63,977 nucleotides of DNA, filler included, from Lama guanicoe (GCA_013239625.1; 98 parts of 98 records of this genome joined end to end with filler, not necessarily neighbours in it); one strand, 5' to 3'. Positions 10,831 through 24,230 are shown, counted from the first letter of the whole stretch. Program-made: numbers and translations. The notes: generated from the letters alone by a model not told the origin.

Positions 10831-12320
10831 ACTGTGATTGAAATTTACTGTTAATGTGGCTAAAATTAGTTGCCATAAGTAGCTATACTGTGTTCTATGG
10901 AACACAAAATATTTTGTTTATCTTCAGTCTTACAACAGTCTTGTGAAGTAATCTGATTTATTTTTCATGTACTTTAAAATAGAAATAATTATCCTATTTT
11001 AAATTTTATTTAAAATAAGATGAATGCTCTACAGCAGCGCNNNNNNNNNNNNNNNNNNNNNNNNNNNNNNNNNNNNNNNNNNNNTTAATTAATTAANNNN
11101 NNNNNNNNNNNNNNNNNNNNNNNNNNNNNNNNNNNNNNNNATAAGGAATGCGTACTCAAAATTTTTGCATGGATTAGTGATAAAAAAATTTTGGAAGGTC
11201 ATTTATTTCATAGTAATGAAAGCCACAGTAGAGGACAGAAATTTCTCATCATTGGAAAAGACTTTTCAGTTATCACCTACTAAGCTCCTCATATAAGATA
11301 GATATTTATGAGGGTTGTTACTGTGGTGAATAGGAGAAAGCACCGTGGGACTTCCTAACCTGTGTTTGTTTCTGTGTCATAGGAGAGAATATCTTAGATA
11401 TCTTGCTATGGTTATGAAGAACAGAGACTATGGAAGCTTCAGAAGAAAAAGAAAGAAAGGAAGAAAAAAAGGCAGAAAGGAAACAAGAAGTAAGGAGGGA
11501 AGAAAAAAAGAAAGAAAGGAGGCAGGAAGAGAGGACGGATGGGAGAAAGAATGAGAGGAAGGAGTGAATGAAAGAACCAATCATAAATCTGCCTATGACA
11601 ATTTCAAAATGTAGAATAGATAAATAAAAAAANNNNNNNNNNNNNNNNNNNNNNNNNNNNNNNNNNNNNNNNNNNNTTAATTAATTAANNNNNNNNNNNN
11701 NNNNNNNNNNNNNNNNNNNNNNNNNNNNNNNNTGAGCTTCCATCTGGACCTGAAAAACAAACAACTCTCTAGCAAACTGCTGTTTGGTGAGAAGAAAAAC
11801 ACAACCCAGAGCTGAAGAAGTTCCAAAACAAAAACTAATAAAAATATTACTTATGAGGATGTATGAGATATGTGTACTGGTCAGAAGAAATTCCATAGCA
11901 TGAGATGTTTATATCAAGGAAAAAAGAAAGAATGAAAGCAAGTGAATTTTTGACTCAAAAACAAACAAACAAACAACCTAGAAAAAGACAAAAGGAATGT
12001 AAAAGAAATTAGACAGGACAAAGAAGAAAATAAATTAAAAATAATAAAAACATTTTCTTCATGTTAAAGGTCCAGTAATTTTATTAAGATATGTCTTAGG
12101 ACCGTTCCCAGGTATGTTTCCTCAGGTTCCTGGTGGTCCCTTTTCACCTTTTATTTCTGCAGTTTCTTTATATTAGAAGTTAATGAAACAGAAACAGAAA
12201 AACAGAACAGGTAAGTCAAANNNNNNNNNNNNNNNNNNNNNNNNNNNNNNNNNNNNNNNNNNNNTTAATTAATTAANNNNNNNNNNNNNNNNNNNNNNNN
12301 NNNNNNNNNNNNNNNNNNNN

Positions 12321-12373
12321 ATGAGCAGCTGTGCTGTCACAAAGGAGGAGACGACATTATCCATGAAACGCAG
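12321..12373 (+). CDS. Candidate 3' part of an internal exon (EQLCCHKGGDDIIHETQ), gene unknown
   Basis: Open frame ending in a perfect CAG|GTGAGT donor, followed by AT-rich intron-like sequence; truncated by the contig start. Confidence 0.35.
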
Positions 12374-12900
12374 GTGAGTGAGTGTCTGAGGGCCCTTAGA
12401 GAAACTTACCACCTGAGGAGTTTGTTGGCTTTGAAGCAGAGGTTCTATTATAATGCAAAACTTTATGCTTAGCTATTTTAGTATCTGTGTCAGTCAAAAC
12501 TTTGCAAGTTTGTCCTTTAATATTTAGAGACATTTCTTCTTGTTAATTTAAAAATAAAAAGGAAAACTGAGCATCTGGCTCTCCCTTAGATCACCTTTAT
12601 TGATTGCCTACTTTCTTTTCTTTTCTTCTACTTTCTTAGTTAACATGGCCAAATTTATTTTTCCCCAATGTCTTTTTTTTATGTTATATGTATTGGTATC
12701 CTAAGAAGAGATTTGTTTTTATGATCTTTAATGCCTGGGATGGGAACATTCAGTTGTTTTATTGGTAAGTCCATCTATTTATTCTAGGTATTATTCTATT
12801 NNNNNNNNNNNNNNNNNNNNNNNNNNNNNNNNNNNNNNNNNNNNTTAATTAATTAANNNNNNNNNNNNNNNNNNNNNNNNNNNNNNNNNNNNNNNNNNNN

Positions 12901-13711
12901 TCAACATACATTTGTCAAAAACTCGTAGAACAAGTGGATGGGAACGGGGTATTAGGGAACTCTGTGCTTTCCACTTAAGTTTGCCATAAACTAAAACTGC
13001 TCAAAACTTAGTCTATTTTTTTAAAAATCTTGGTGAAATGGATATTTCAATAACAAATTCTCACAGGAAAATAGAAGATTCTCAAATAACACTTCTTCAA
13101 CAAAGCACAGGCTCAGATAATTCATAGGGGAATTAATATTTAAATTTGGTAACAATGCTACTAGATAATTGATGAACACTGATGCAAAAATCTTAAAAGT
13201 ATTAGCAAACAATCCAATAGCGCCTTTGAAGATACATCAAGACCAAGTGGGTTTTATTACAAAAATGCAGAGATGTTTTGGTATGAAAGCAAAAATCCTA
13301 TATATTAACCCAAAAATGAGATCTAACAAAGGTTTAATAACAACCTGATTCTTAATGCGTGCACGTACATTCTCTATAATTAAATCTTCCAAATTCTATT
13401 TTATAGGACCAAGGACTTTATTTTGAAAGCAACTTGAATAGCCATTATCCATGAGGAAGGAAAAATGCAACATTTTGCTTCTTAAGCAAGCTAGTAGTTA
13501 GCTAAGTATTTTTATATTACCTAAACTCTTTGTATTCCAGTAATTATTTATTTGAAAAATTAAAACCTTGCTCTTATGAACATTAAAAATTGTTCATAAC
13601 CTTTCAAGCTGTACAGGAACTTAATATTTTTGCTTGCTTGCTTTTTTTGTTGTTAAGTTAGCCAGGAAAATATAACAAAATACAGGAGTATTTTCAAATG
13701 TAATTTATATA
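12901..13711 (+). repeat. Near-identical duplicate contig, copy 1 (contains old L1 remnants)
   Basis: Same first and last bases as 13812..14632; about 14-15 differences. Confidence 0.97.
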
Positions 13712-13811
13712 NNNNNNNNNNNNNNNNNNNNNNNNNNNNNNNNNNNNNNNNNNNNTTAATTAATTAANNNNNNNNNNNNNNNNNNNNNNNNNNNNNNNNN
13801 NNNNNNNNNNN

Positions 13812-14632
13812 TCAACATACATTTGTCAAAAACTCGTAGAACAAGTGGATGGGAACGGGGATATTAGGGAACTCTGTGCTTTCCACTTCAGTTTGCCATA
13901 AACTAAAACTGCTCAAAACATAGTCTATTTTTAAAAAATCTTGGTGAAATGGATATTTAAATAACAAATTCTCACAGGAAAAATAGAAGATTCTCAAATA
14001 ACACTTCTTCAACAAAGCACAGGCTCAGATAATTCATAGGGGAATTAATATTTAAATTTGGTAACAATGCTACTAGATAATTGATGAACACTGATGCAAA
14101 AATCTTAAAAGTATTAGCAAACAATCCAATAGCGCCTTTGAAGATACATCAAGACCAAGTGGGTTTTATTACAAAAATGCAGAGATGTTTTGGTATGAAA
14201 GCAAAAATCCTATATATTAACCCAAAAATGAGATCTAACAAAGGTTTAATAACAGCCTGATTCTTGATGCGTACACGGACATTCTCTATAATTAAATCTT
14301 CCAAATTCTATTTTATAGGACCAAGGACTTTATTTTGAAAGCAACTTGAATAGCCATTATCCATGAGGAAGGAAAAATGCAACATTTTGCTTCTTAAGCA
14401 AGCTAGTAGTTAGCTAAGTATTTTTATATTACCTAAACTCTTTGTATTCCAGTAATTATTTATTTGAAAAATTAAAACCTTGCTCTTATGAACATTAAGA
14501 GTCTTAAAAATTGTTCATAACCTTTCAAGCTGTACAGGAACTTATTATTTTTACTTGCTTGCTTTTTTTGTTGTTAAGTTAGTCAGGAAAATATAACAAA
14601 ATACAGGAGTATTTTCAAATGTAATTTATATA
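13812..14632 (+). repeat. Near-identical duplicate contig, copy 2
   Basis: As copy 1, plus a 9-bp insertion (GAGTCTTAA) near 14499. Confidence 0.97.
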
Positions 14633-16593
14633 NNNNNNNNNNNNNNNNNNNNNNNNNNNNNNNNNNNNNNNNNNNNTTAATTAATTAANNNNNNNNNNNN
14701 NNNNNNNNNNNNNNNNNNNNNNNNNNNNNNNNCTTCACAGCTTATATTCTGCCTATAAGTGTTTTTTCAACAAAGATCATAGTTATTAAATGTTAATTAA
14801 CTCAATTAATTAACTTCCTGTTGAAAAATTCTAGTAAAGAACATGAAATGCCGTATGTAAAAGAACCACACCTGCAGTGACTAGCTCAGCTGTCTTGACG
14901 GCAGTGCAGTCAGCCCCCACCATCCCGTGGCCCTGAGCTCCTGATGCTGGTAAGAAAGCACGCTGCTTCCTCAGATGGAGAGAAACTGTGAAAGCATTTT
15001 TTGAAATCTACAGAACTGAGAAAACATAACTGACAAATCCCAGGCTCCTTTGAGGCTGTCATTTTCGTTTTCTGGCCAACCCCCGTCAGTGAGCAGAACC
15101 ACCCCAATCCAGAGCCATGGTACTCACGTGGGGAGGAGTTTTGGAGAAACTTCCAGGTATAGAATGTAACNNNNNNNNNNNNNNNNNNNNNNNNNNNNNN
15201 NNNNNNNNNNNNNNTTAATTAATTAANNNNNNNNNNNNNNNNNNNNNNNNNNNNNNNNNNNNNNNNNNNNAGGAAAATTTTAACCCAGACTAACCACTGA
15301 ATATATGTGTAAAATCCTTCCCAAATTACCAAACCAAGTGCAGGTATATATATGTATGTATGCATCAGTCTATAAATATGTAAATAATACATAAAATGTA
15401 TTATGTATATTTCAAGTACAGATATAAATGCATCGAAATGTGTATATATGTATTATATATTATTTATGTTTGTGTGTATATTATGTATGTGTATATATAT
15501 GTACCATTATATGTATCTCAACTAAATCTAGAGAACAATCTATTAATGATTTAACAAAAACAAACCCTGAGCAAACTAGGAATAGAAGAATACTTTCTTA
15601 ATCATATCAAAAGAATCAAAAATTAGTACAAATACCATTATTATTGGGGAAATTCTTAAATTATTTATTTGACATAGGTTAAAAAAAAAACAAGTGTAAC
15701 TACCACTCTCCTTCCTTTTTTTTTTATAATGGTTTGGTGGGAATAATAGCACCTTAAGGCAAGAAAATGAGATTATACACATAAGGATTAAAAAGGAAGA
15801 CATAAAATTCCCTCTATTATATTGTTTGTTTGATTGGTTATAGAATTTAAAATTATTAAGAAACAAATTTATCAATTTCTGGATTCTGTCTTGAATGCTA
15901 ACCTTAAAAGTTTCCCCTGGCTGAGATTGTCTTGATGTTAATCTTTGGCTTTTAACTAATTGTTAAATGATTTTTAACCTTTGGCAAATTCATCTGGAAT
16001 GGCTCAAATACACTGAGTTTTGGTGNNNNNNNNNNNNNNNNNNNNNNNNNNNNNNNNNNNNNNNNNNNNTTAATTAATTAANNNNNNNNNNNNNNNNNNN
16101 NNNNNNNNNNNNNNNNNNNNNNNNNGTTAGCCCAGTGTAAAACACTCTCAAATATTTATTGGGTTGAATGGCAAAATTCACTTACAGCTGTCTTAATGAC
16201 TTAGATCCTTCTAGGCAAATACTATGACTTATTACTTAGATACAAACATTAGTACTGTTGTTGTGTATTGAGATTGGTCTCATTTTGCCACTTTGCAATA
16301 TATTTTCAATGGCGTGACTTAATGATCTCAGCTGTTTTTTATTTGTTTCTATAAAAATTGTGTTAATTGAAATGGACCATATATGTATTTTGTTTTTGTA
16401 AAAATGTTGTGCTGGTTGAAATGAACCATATATATACACACACACATATATAAAATCTGCCTTTTTCAAAAAAATCTTTTCAAATTCCAGTATNNNNNNN
16501 NNNNNNNNNNNNNNNNNNNNNNNNNNNNNNNNNNNNNTTAATTAATTAANNNNNNNNNNNNNNNNNNNNNNNNNNNNNNNNNNNNNNNNNNNN

Positions 16594-16670
16594 TACAATT
16601 TAATCACTTTGCTGGACACCAGAAACTAACACAAGATTGTAAATCAACTATACTACAATAATAAATAAAC
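16594..16670 (+). mobile_element. LINE-1 extreme 3' end (artiodactyl type) with A-rich tail
   Basis: aatcactttgctggacaccagaaactaacacaagattgtaaatcaactatact...aataaataa. Confidence 0.75.
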
Positions 16671-17122
16671 AAGGAAATATGTTAAAAACAATACGTGTAA
16701 TACCTTATGATTCCTAAAGCATCTTACATATTAGATCCATGAGATGACGTACACAGAAACGCAGCTGGAAGCAGACAAGCACAAATGAGTATAAATAAAT
16801 AGTGGGAATAAAAAGCTGACAGGTAGATAATCACATCTGTTTGTATCCACACAACTGCTCACGGCCTTGTGTTTAGTGCATGTCCATCCTGGAAAACCCA
16901 GAGGAGAGGTGCTCAGGAGCTGGTGAGCACTTTGTCCTGAACTCCTGAGGCATCTGAGCACCCCCACTTGCTAAAGAGGACGACAAATGAGAAGCCGAGA
17001 TTTCCTGCCGCAGGACCGCAGCNNNNNNNNNNNNNNNNNNNNNNNNNNNNNNNNNNNNNNNNNNNNTTAATTAATTAANNNNNNNNNNNNNNNNNNNNNN
17101 NNNNNNNNNNNNNNNNNNNNNN

Positions 17123-17391
17123 AGTATTTTTGACTTACAATATATTAGTTCAGTTGTACAGCATGGAAATTATATATTTTCATAGATTATACTGCATAAA
17201 AAGCTATTATAAAATAGTGACTCTTTTCCTTTTGCTATCCATTAGGTCTTTTTGTATCTTGTTTTATGCATAGTAGCTTGTATTCCATAATCCTTTATAT
17301 TAGCTTTGCCCCGCCCCACACCCCTCTCTCCTGACAACCAACAGTCCGTTCTCTGTATCTGAGTCTGTTTCTGCTTTGTTATATCTGTTCC
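17123..17391 (-). mobile_element. LINE-1 3' UTR fragment
   Basis: gttctctgtatctgagtctgtttctgctttgtt and tttgacttacaatatattagtt resemble an antisense L1 3' end. Confidence 0.7.
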
Positions 17392-17461
17392 ATTATTATT
17401 GTTGTTGTTGTTGTTGTTGTTATTATTATTATTATTATTACTATTATTATTATTATTATTA
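17392..17461. repeat. Compound (TTG)n(TTA)n microsatellite
   Basis: Read directly; gives the poly-N run of ORF 17242..17532. Confidence 0.95.
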
Positions 17462-17722
17462 CTGTCTTCACCATTCAATGGAGAATCAGTCCCTGTCTTA
17501 GAAGACATCTCCACAACATTGTTATTAACCACAAAAGTGAATCACCTTTTGTGGTAGGCTAATTTCATTCATAGTCTCATTAATTCTTTTCTAAATCCTG
17601 TCATTTTCTTTGTAATTTTCTGNNNNNNNNNNNNNNNNNNNNNNNNNNNNNNNNNNNNNNNNNNNNTTAATTAATTAANNNNNNNNNNNNNNNNNNNNNN
17701 NNNNNNNNNNNNNNNNNNNNNN

Positions 17723-17939
17723 CAGACATCCAGGAAGCACAGAGGGTTCCAAACAAGCGAATACAAAGAGATTCACCCCCAGACATACCATAAGTGAAAC
17801 GGCAGAAGTTAAAGATAGAGACTTCTAAAGGCAGCAAGAGGAAAATGAAGAGTCAGTTACAGGGAATCCCCAGAAGACTGTCAGCTGATATTTCTGCAGA
17901 CACATCGCAGGCCAGAAGAGGGCGGCATGATATGTTTAA
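17723..17939 (+). mobile_element. LINE-1 ORF1 remnant
   Basis: GIPRRLSADISADTSQARRGRHDMF resembles L1 ORF1p (G-PIRL-AD-SAETLQARREW). Confidence 0.85.
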
Positions 17940-18039
17940 NNNNNNNNNNNNNNNNNNNNNNNNNNNNNNNNNNNNNNNNNNNNTTAATTAATTAANNNNN
18001 NNNNNNNNNNNNNNNNNNNNNNNNNNNNNNNNNNNNNNN

Positions 18040-18263
18040 TTCATCTTACTAATGGACGTTTGGGTAGCTTCTGCCTTTTGGCTATTGTAAATGTTGTGAA
18101 CACGGGTGTACTAATATTTCTTTGAGATCCTGCTTTCAGTTATATTGGGCATATACCCAGAGGTGGAATTGCTAGATCATACGTAATTTTTAGTCTGTAT
18201 ATTGCTAGTTTTTCTTATTGTGATAGAATTGAAAATAGCATTATATTAGTTTCAGGTGTAAAT
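18040..18263 (-). mobile_element. LINE-1 3' fragment
   Basis: ttttggctattgtaaat...tatacccagaggtggaattgctagatcat. Confidence 0.75.
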
Positions 18264-18363
18264 NNNNNNNNNNNNNNNNNNNNNNNNNNNNNNNNNNNNN
18301 NNNNNNNTTAATTAATTAANNNNNNNNNNNNNNNNNNNNNNNNNNNNNNNNNNNNNNNNNNNN

Positions 18364-18828
18364 ACTGTTTTCTATTTGTTGCCCTTGTTCTTTTTTTATC
18401 TTATACTTTTTTTCTGCCTTTTTTGGTTTTAATCAAACAGTTTATATGATTCCATTTTCTCTCCTTAGCATCAGTTATATTTTTAATTTAATTTTACTTT
18501 TTTAACTTTTTTCAGTGGTTGCCCAGGCATTTACAATATACATTTACAGCTAATCCAAGTCCACCTTTAATTAAGTCTGTACCACTTGATGGTAGTGTGA
18601 GTGCCTTTTAATAACAAAATAATACCAATTCCTTCCTTCCATTCCTTATATTATTGTCATTCATTTAAGTTATGTAAGCATGCATAAGTGTACACGTGAA
18701 CACAAACACAAGATATGTGCCTACATAATTGAATGTATTGTTGATATTATTTTTAACTCTTATTTTTTATTGAAGTGTAGATTTTATGTTAATTTTATGT
18801 GTACAGCAAAGCGATTCATGTATTTATA
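18364..18828 (-). mobile_element. Old LINE-1 (L1MC/MD) fragment
   Basis: tttcagtggttgccc...tttacaatatacatttacagctaatccaagtccacc resembles L1M antisense inter-ORF sequence. Confidence 0.55.
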
Positions 18829-18928
18829 NNNNNNNNNNNNNNNNNNNNNNNNNNNNNNNNNNNNNNNNNNNNTTAATTAATTAANNNNNNNNNNNNNNNN
18901 NNNNNNNNNNNNNNNNNNNNNNNNNNNN

Positions 18929-19444
18929 TATATTCTGAATTCTGTGTTCTGCATTCCATGTTCTAAATTCTGGGATCGGTATTTTGTTTTCCATATTCTA
19001 AATTTTGTGTTCTATATTCTATATTCTTTATACTATATTCTACATTCTGTATCCTATAATCTATATTCTGTGTTCTACATTCTATATTCTTTGTTCGATA
19101 TGCAGTATTCTGTATTCTATATTCTAAATTCTGTGTTCTACATTCCATGTTCTAAATTCTGGGTTCTCTAATCTCTATTCTCTATTCTATATTTTGCGTT
19201 AATCATGCTATATTCTATATTCTATATTCTGCATTCCTAAGTCTATATTCTATATTGTGTGTACTTAATTCTATATTCTAAATTCTATGTTCAATATACT
19301 GTATTCTATATTCTAAATTCTGTGTTCTGGATTCCGTGTTCTAAGTTCTGTGTTATATTCTCTATTCTATATTCTATATATTGTGTTCTTTATTTTATAT
19401 TCTACCTTATATATTCTCCATTCCGTAGTCAGTATTCTATGCAC
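18929..19444. repeat. Satellite family C: degenerate heptamer (TTCTATA)n
   Basis: TTC recurs every 7 bp (ttctata/ttctaca/ttctgtg/ttccatg/ttctaaa). Confidence 0.95.
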
Positions 19445-19544
19445 NNNNNNNNNNNNNNNNNNNNNNNNNNNNNNNNNNNNNNNNNNNNTTAATTAATTAA
19501 NNNNNNNNNNNNNNNNNNNNNNNNNNNNNNNNNNNNNNNNNNNN

Positions 19545-19662
19545 AAATCTATGTCTCTCTGTCTCTGTATTTACACCAACCCCCCGCCCATCTGCACACA
19601 CACACACACACATCATACTGAGGCAATTGTTTCTGTTTCTCTGGAGAACCCTGACTAATACA
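19545..19662 (+). mobile_element. MLT2 (ERVL) LTR 3' end
   Basis: ...ttctgtttctctggagaaccctgactaataca terminus preceded by (CA)n. Confidence 0.75.
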
Positions 19663-19860
19663 CAGCATTTAAAAAAATTCATTAACAAATTTCATATCTA
19701 AAAAAACAGTCTCAAATTTTTATGTACCAAAAAAAATATAAATTGAGTGTTAGTAGATTTNNNNNNNNNNNNNNNNNNNNNNNNNNNNNNNNNNNNNNNN
19801 NNNNTTAATTAATTAANNNNNNNNNNNNNNNNNNNNNNNNNNNNNNNNNNNNNNNNNNNN

Positions 19861-20092
19861 TAGAATATAGAATGAAGAAAACAGAATATAGAATAGAGGA
19901 TAGAGAATAGAACCCAGAATTTAGAACATGGAAAGTAGAACACAGAAATTAGAATATAGAATACAGAATACTGAATATCGAATTTAGAATATAGAATGTA
20001 GAACACAGAATATGGAATGTATATTACGGAATGCACAATATTGAATAAAGTGTATAGAATACCCAACACAGAATTTAGAATTTGGAAAACAG
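19861..20092. repeat. Satellite family C, reverse orientation (TAGAATA)n
   Basis: 7-bp GAA periodicity. Confidence 0.93.
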
Positions 20093-20192
20093 NNNNNNNN
20101 NNNNNNNNNNNNNNNNNNNNNNNNNNNNNNNNNNNNTTAATTAATTAANNNNNNNNNNNNNNNNNNNNNNNNNNNNNNNNNNNNNNNNNNNN

Positions 20193-20917
20193 GAAGAAAA
20201 AGATATAAAGGGAATCCAAATCAGAAAACAAGAAGTAAAACTGTCACTTTTCACAGATGATATGATATTATACATAGAAAACCTTAAAGAAGTGACCAGA
20301 AATCTGCTAGAGCTCATCAATGAATCTGGTAAAGTTGCAGGAATCACAGTTAATACACAGAAATCAGTTGCATTTCTATACTCTAACACAAAGTAGCAGA
20401 AAAGGAAATTAAGGAAACGATTCCATTTACCATCACACAAAAAAGAATAAAACACTTAGGAATAAACATACTCAAGGAGGTAAAAGATCTGTATCCCAAA
20501 AACTATAAGACACTGATGAAAGAAATTGAAGATGACATAAACAGATGGAAAGATATGTTCTTGGATTGGAAGAATCAATATTTTTAAAATGGTCATATTG
20601 TCTAAGGCAATATACAGATTCAATGCAATCTCTATCAAATTACCAATGACATTTTTCACAGAGCTGGAAAAAAATGTTCAAATTTGTCTGGAAACACAAA
20701 AGACCCCAAATAGCTAAGTCAGTCTTGAAAAAGGAGAATAGAACGGATAAAATTATGCTCCCTGACTTCAGACTATACTACAAAGCTACAGTAATCAAAA
20801 CAATATGGTACTGGCACAAAAACAGAAATGAAAATCAGCGGAACAGGAAAATCCAGAAATAAGCCCATATATTTATGGTCAATTAATCTACAACAAGGTG
20901 GACAAGAATATACAATG
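20193..20917 (+). mobile_element. Relatively young LINE-1 ORF2 fragment (RT and downstream), disrupted
   Basis: Translates GIQIRKQEVKLSLFTDDMILYIEN and [23 protein letters not shown]; has stops and frameshifts. Confidence 0.95.
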
Positions 20918-21017
20918 NNNNNNNNNNNNNNNNNNNNNNNNNNNNNNNNNNNNNNNNNNNNTTAATTAATTAANNNNNNNNNNNNNNNNNNNNNNNNNNN
21001 NNNNNNNNNNNNNNNNN

Positions 21018-21452
21018 TTCTATGTCTGTGAGTCTGTTTCTGTTTTGTAAAAATGTTCATTTGTCTTTTTTCTTTCTTTTTAGATTTAACGTAGAAGTGA
21101 TATCATATGGTATTTTTCTTTCTCCTTCTGGCTTATTTCATTTAGAGTGACATTCTACAGGTCCATCCATGTTCCTGCAAATGGCATTATTTTATTATTT
21201 TTTATGGTTAAGTAATATTCCATTATATAAATATATCACAAATTCTTTATCTAGTCATTTGTTGATGGATATTTAGTTTCTTTCCATGTCTTGGCTATTG
21301 TAAATAGTGCTGCTGTTAACATTGGAGTGCATGTGTCTTTTTGAATTAAGATTCCCTCTGGATATATACCTAGGAGTGGGATTGCTGGATTATATAGTAA
21401 AGCTATTTGTTATCTTTTGAGGAATCTCCATACTGTTTTCCACAATGGTTGC
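21018..21452 (-). mobile_element. LINE-1 ORF2 end / 3' UTR
   Basis: ttccatgtcttggctattgtaaatagtgctgct...cctaggagtgggattgctggat. Confidence 0.9.
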
Positions 21453-21552
21453 NNNNNNNNNNNNNNNNNNNNNNNNNNNNNNNNNNNNNNNNNNNNTTAA
21501 TTAATTAANNNNNNNNNNNNNNNNNNNNNNNNNNNNNNNNNNNNNNNNNNNN

Positions 21553-21768
21553 AATGCAGAATATAGAATACAGAATATACAATATAGGATGCAGAATATA
21601 GGATATGGAAAACAGAATACAGAACCCAGAATTTAGAACAAGTAATACAGAACACAGAATTTAAAATATAGAATATAGTATACTCAAAATAGAATATAAA
21701 ACATGGAATGCAGAACACTGAATTTACAATATAGAAAACAGTATACTGAATATAGAATATAGCATTTA
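21553..21768. repeat. Satellite family C, reverse orientation
   Basis: agaatatagaatacagaat heptamer periodicity. Confidence 0.93.
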
Positions 21769-22714
21769 NNNNNNNNNNNNNNNNNNNNNNNNNNNNNNNN
21801 NNNNNNNNNNNNTTAATTAATTAANNNNNNNNNNNNNNNNNNNNNNNNNNNNNNNNNNNNNNNNNNNNAAATTTTAACCCTGCCAGACCCCTTGGGCACT
21901 TCCTAAATTTCCCATATTGGCCACGCTGTTTCCCATCTTTTCTGTTTGTACCTGCTGCAGGCTGCTTAGAAATAAATGCTGTGACTCCCTCTGCTGCCCC
22001 GCAGCCACTCACGATGTTGGGTCTGCGGTGTGGGGACAGAGGAGGATGGGCTTGCCCTTTTGAGAGGCTTTCACTCAGAGCCCCGGATCTGGTCCCTTAC
22101 CCTGTGTGATGGGCGTGCGCTTCTCCACTGTGCAGCCCACACGGACCCCTCGGCCCCCTCTCTCCCCACCGCTGTGGTCTCAGCCCCTTCCCTAGAAATT
22201 GGTCAGACATTCTTAAATCTGGCTTTCCTTTCCCTCTGCAGTGACCGTAGCTATTGCCCTTACAGCATATTCTCCACTTTCCAGTATATTTTTGAAATAC
22301 AGACATTTAAAGATTGACAAATCTCTCAGTATTTTAGCTGCAAGACTTGTTAACTCAGTAGGAGTAGCTTGTGCTCCACCTCCCAGCTGGGGGCCTGTGG
22401 TGGCTTTTGGTGGGAAGGGTCACTTAGACTGGGTGATTGACAATGTGTACCTTAGCACACAGTTATGTTGGCAATGCATTTGTTAGGTCTTTTTTGAAAT
22501 TCTATTCATATCATTATTTTTCTTATTTATAATTCCAAAAATANNNNNNNNNNNNNNNNNNNNNNNNNNNNNNNNNNNNNNNNNNNNTTAATTAATTAAN
22601 NNNNNNNNNNNNNNNNNNNNNNNNNNNNNNNNNNNNNNNNNNNAGTTTTTCCAAGAAATGCTAACCCATCGTGCTCTGAGCATGGACCCCAGAGCCACAC
22701 CACCTGGGGGGGGC

Positions 22715-22860
22715 CATAGGGAAGTTATTTAATCTTCTGATGCCTCAGTTCACTCATCCATAAAATGGAAATAGTAATGGTACACCTACCTCCAAGTGTT
22801 TTGTGAGAATCAAATGCAAAATTTGTAAAACATTTAAGTGGTGTTAGTTATTATCATTAT
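22715..22860 (+). mobile_element. MIR SINE
   Basis: aagttatttaatcttctgatgcctcagttcactcatccataaaatggaaatagtaat. Confidence 0.8.
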
Positions 22861-23280
22861 TACATAGAATTTAATTGAGAATAAATAAGTCTCTACATAA
22901 TGAGGGGAACTGGGAGAAAAACTCACATTAAATTACTGTCTTTAGAAAGTTTTCTACTTCTTAACTATGGAAAAGTTAGCAATACAACTAACAGCTTGCC
23001 TCTAGTGACATTAAACTCATTCACTGAAAAAAGAAAAGTCAAAAAGCTTAGATGTTTGGAAAGTGTTGACTCGATTTATAGATTTGCTGAACAAGCATTA
23101 TCATATCATTTTGCATGAACAATTCTGAGCCTCCTGAGTTTGACAGACAGCAAGTATCCCAGACTTTGCAAACTGAGCATTTTGGTCACATAGAGATCTT
23201 GCTGGAGGTCACCTAATGGCAGTGCAAAACTGAGATGGGAATTCATGTGGCTGGATTTGGGGATATTTTAGGAAATCAAC

Positions 23281-23325
<45 letters not shown>
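23281..23325. repeat. (TTA)15 microsatellite
   Basis: Perfect run read directly. Confidence 0.97.
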
Positions 23326-23459
23326 GCCTCAAACCTAGAACATGGACACTGGGGCCAGANNNNNNNNNNNNNNNNNNNNNNNNNNNNNNNNNNNNNNNNN
23401 NNNTTAATTAATTAANNNNNNNNNNNNNNNNNNNNNNNNNNNNNNNNNNNNNNNNNNNN

Positions 23460-24230
23460 ACAACTCCACGCAGATGTCTTCAGTCACAGGAGTTCCCTGT
23501 ACGGGGAAATGCGAGAAATACCTTCCCTGACATTGGGGAGGCATCCTCTGTCACTGGGATATTCTTCAACACCCCTAGCATTCCCTGGCACAGAGACATT
23601 AGGAAAATACTCAGGGGAGACGAGCTTAGGCTTTCCGTTAGAACCCACGCGCTGACGACCGTTGGTGGAGCCTCCCCACGCTCAGGATTCCGGAACCATT
23701 GTCAGTGCGTGGGGGAGCTCGAGAGACAACTCCACGCAGCTCTCTTCAGTCACAGGTGTTCCGTGTTCGGGGAAGTCCGAGAAATATCTTCCCTGACCTT
23801 GGGGAGGCAGCCTCTGACACTGGGATATCCTGCAAACCACACTAACATTCCCTGGCACAGACATTAGGAAAACCTTCCTGGGAGACGAGCTTAGGCTTTC
23901 CGTTAGAACCCACGCGCTGACGACCGTTGGTGGAGCCTCCCCACGCTCAGGATTCCGGAACCATTGTCAGTGCGTGGGGGAGCTCGAGAGACAACTCCAC
24001 GCAGCTCTCTTCAGTCACAGGTGTTCCGTGTTCGGGGAAGTCCGAGAAATACCTTTCCTGACTTTGGGGAGGCATCCTCTATCACTGGGATATCCTTCAA
24101 CACCCCTAGCATTCCCTGGCACAGAGTCATTAGGGAAATCCTCAGGGGAGACGACATTAGGCTTTCCATAGAACCCACGCCCTGCCGTCCGTTGGTGGAA
24201 CCTCCCCACGCTCAGGATTCCGGAACCATT
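23460..24230. repeat. Satellite family B, ~2.9 copies
   Basis: CAACTCCACGCAG at 23461, 23727 and 23992 (periods 265-266). Confidence 0.97.

Noticed and set aside
14495..14507. TTAA-flanked 9-bp indel as a piggyBac footprint
   Set aside because: piggyBac excises precisely and there are no terminal repeats; microhomology-mediated deletion or slippage is simpler.
15122..15170. Minus-strand exon end with CAC|GTGAGT donor
   Set aside because: Only 43 nt, all three frames open, and no recognisable peptide; insufficient support.
23765..23781. CENP-B box in satellite B (TTCGgggaAgtCCGA)
   Set aside because: Only 7 of 9 essential positions match (CGGG is CCGA) and the TTCG is not kept in other monomers.
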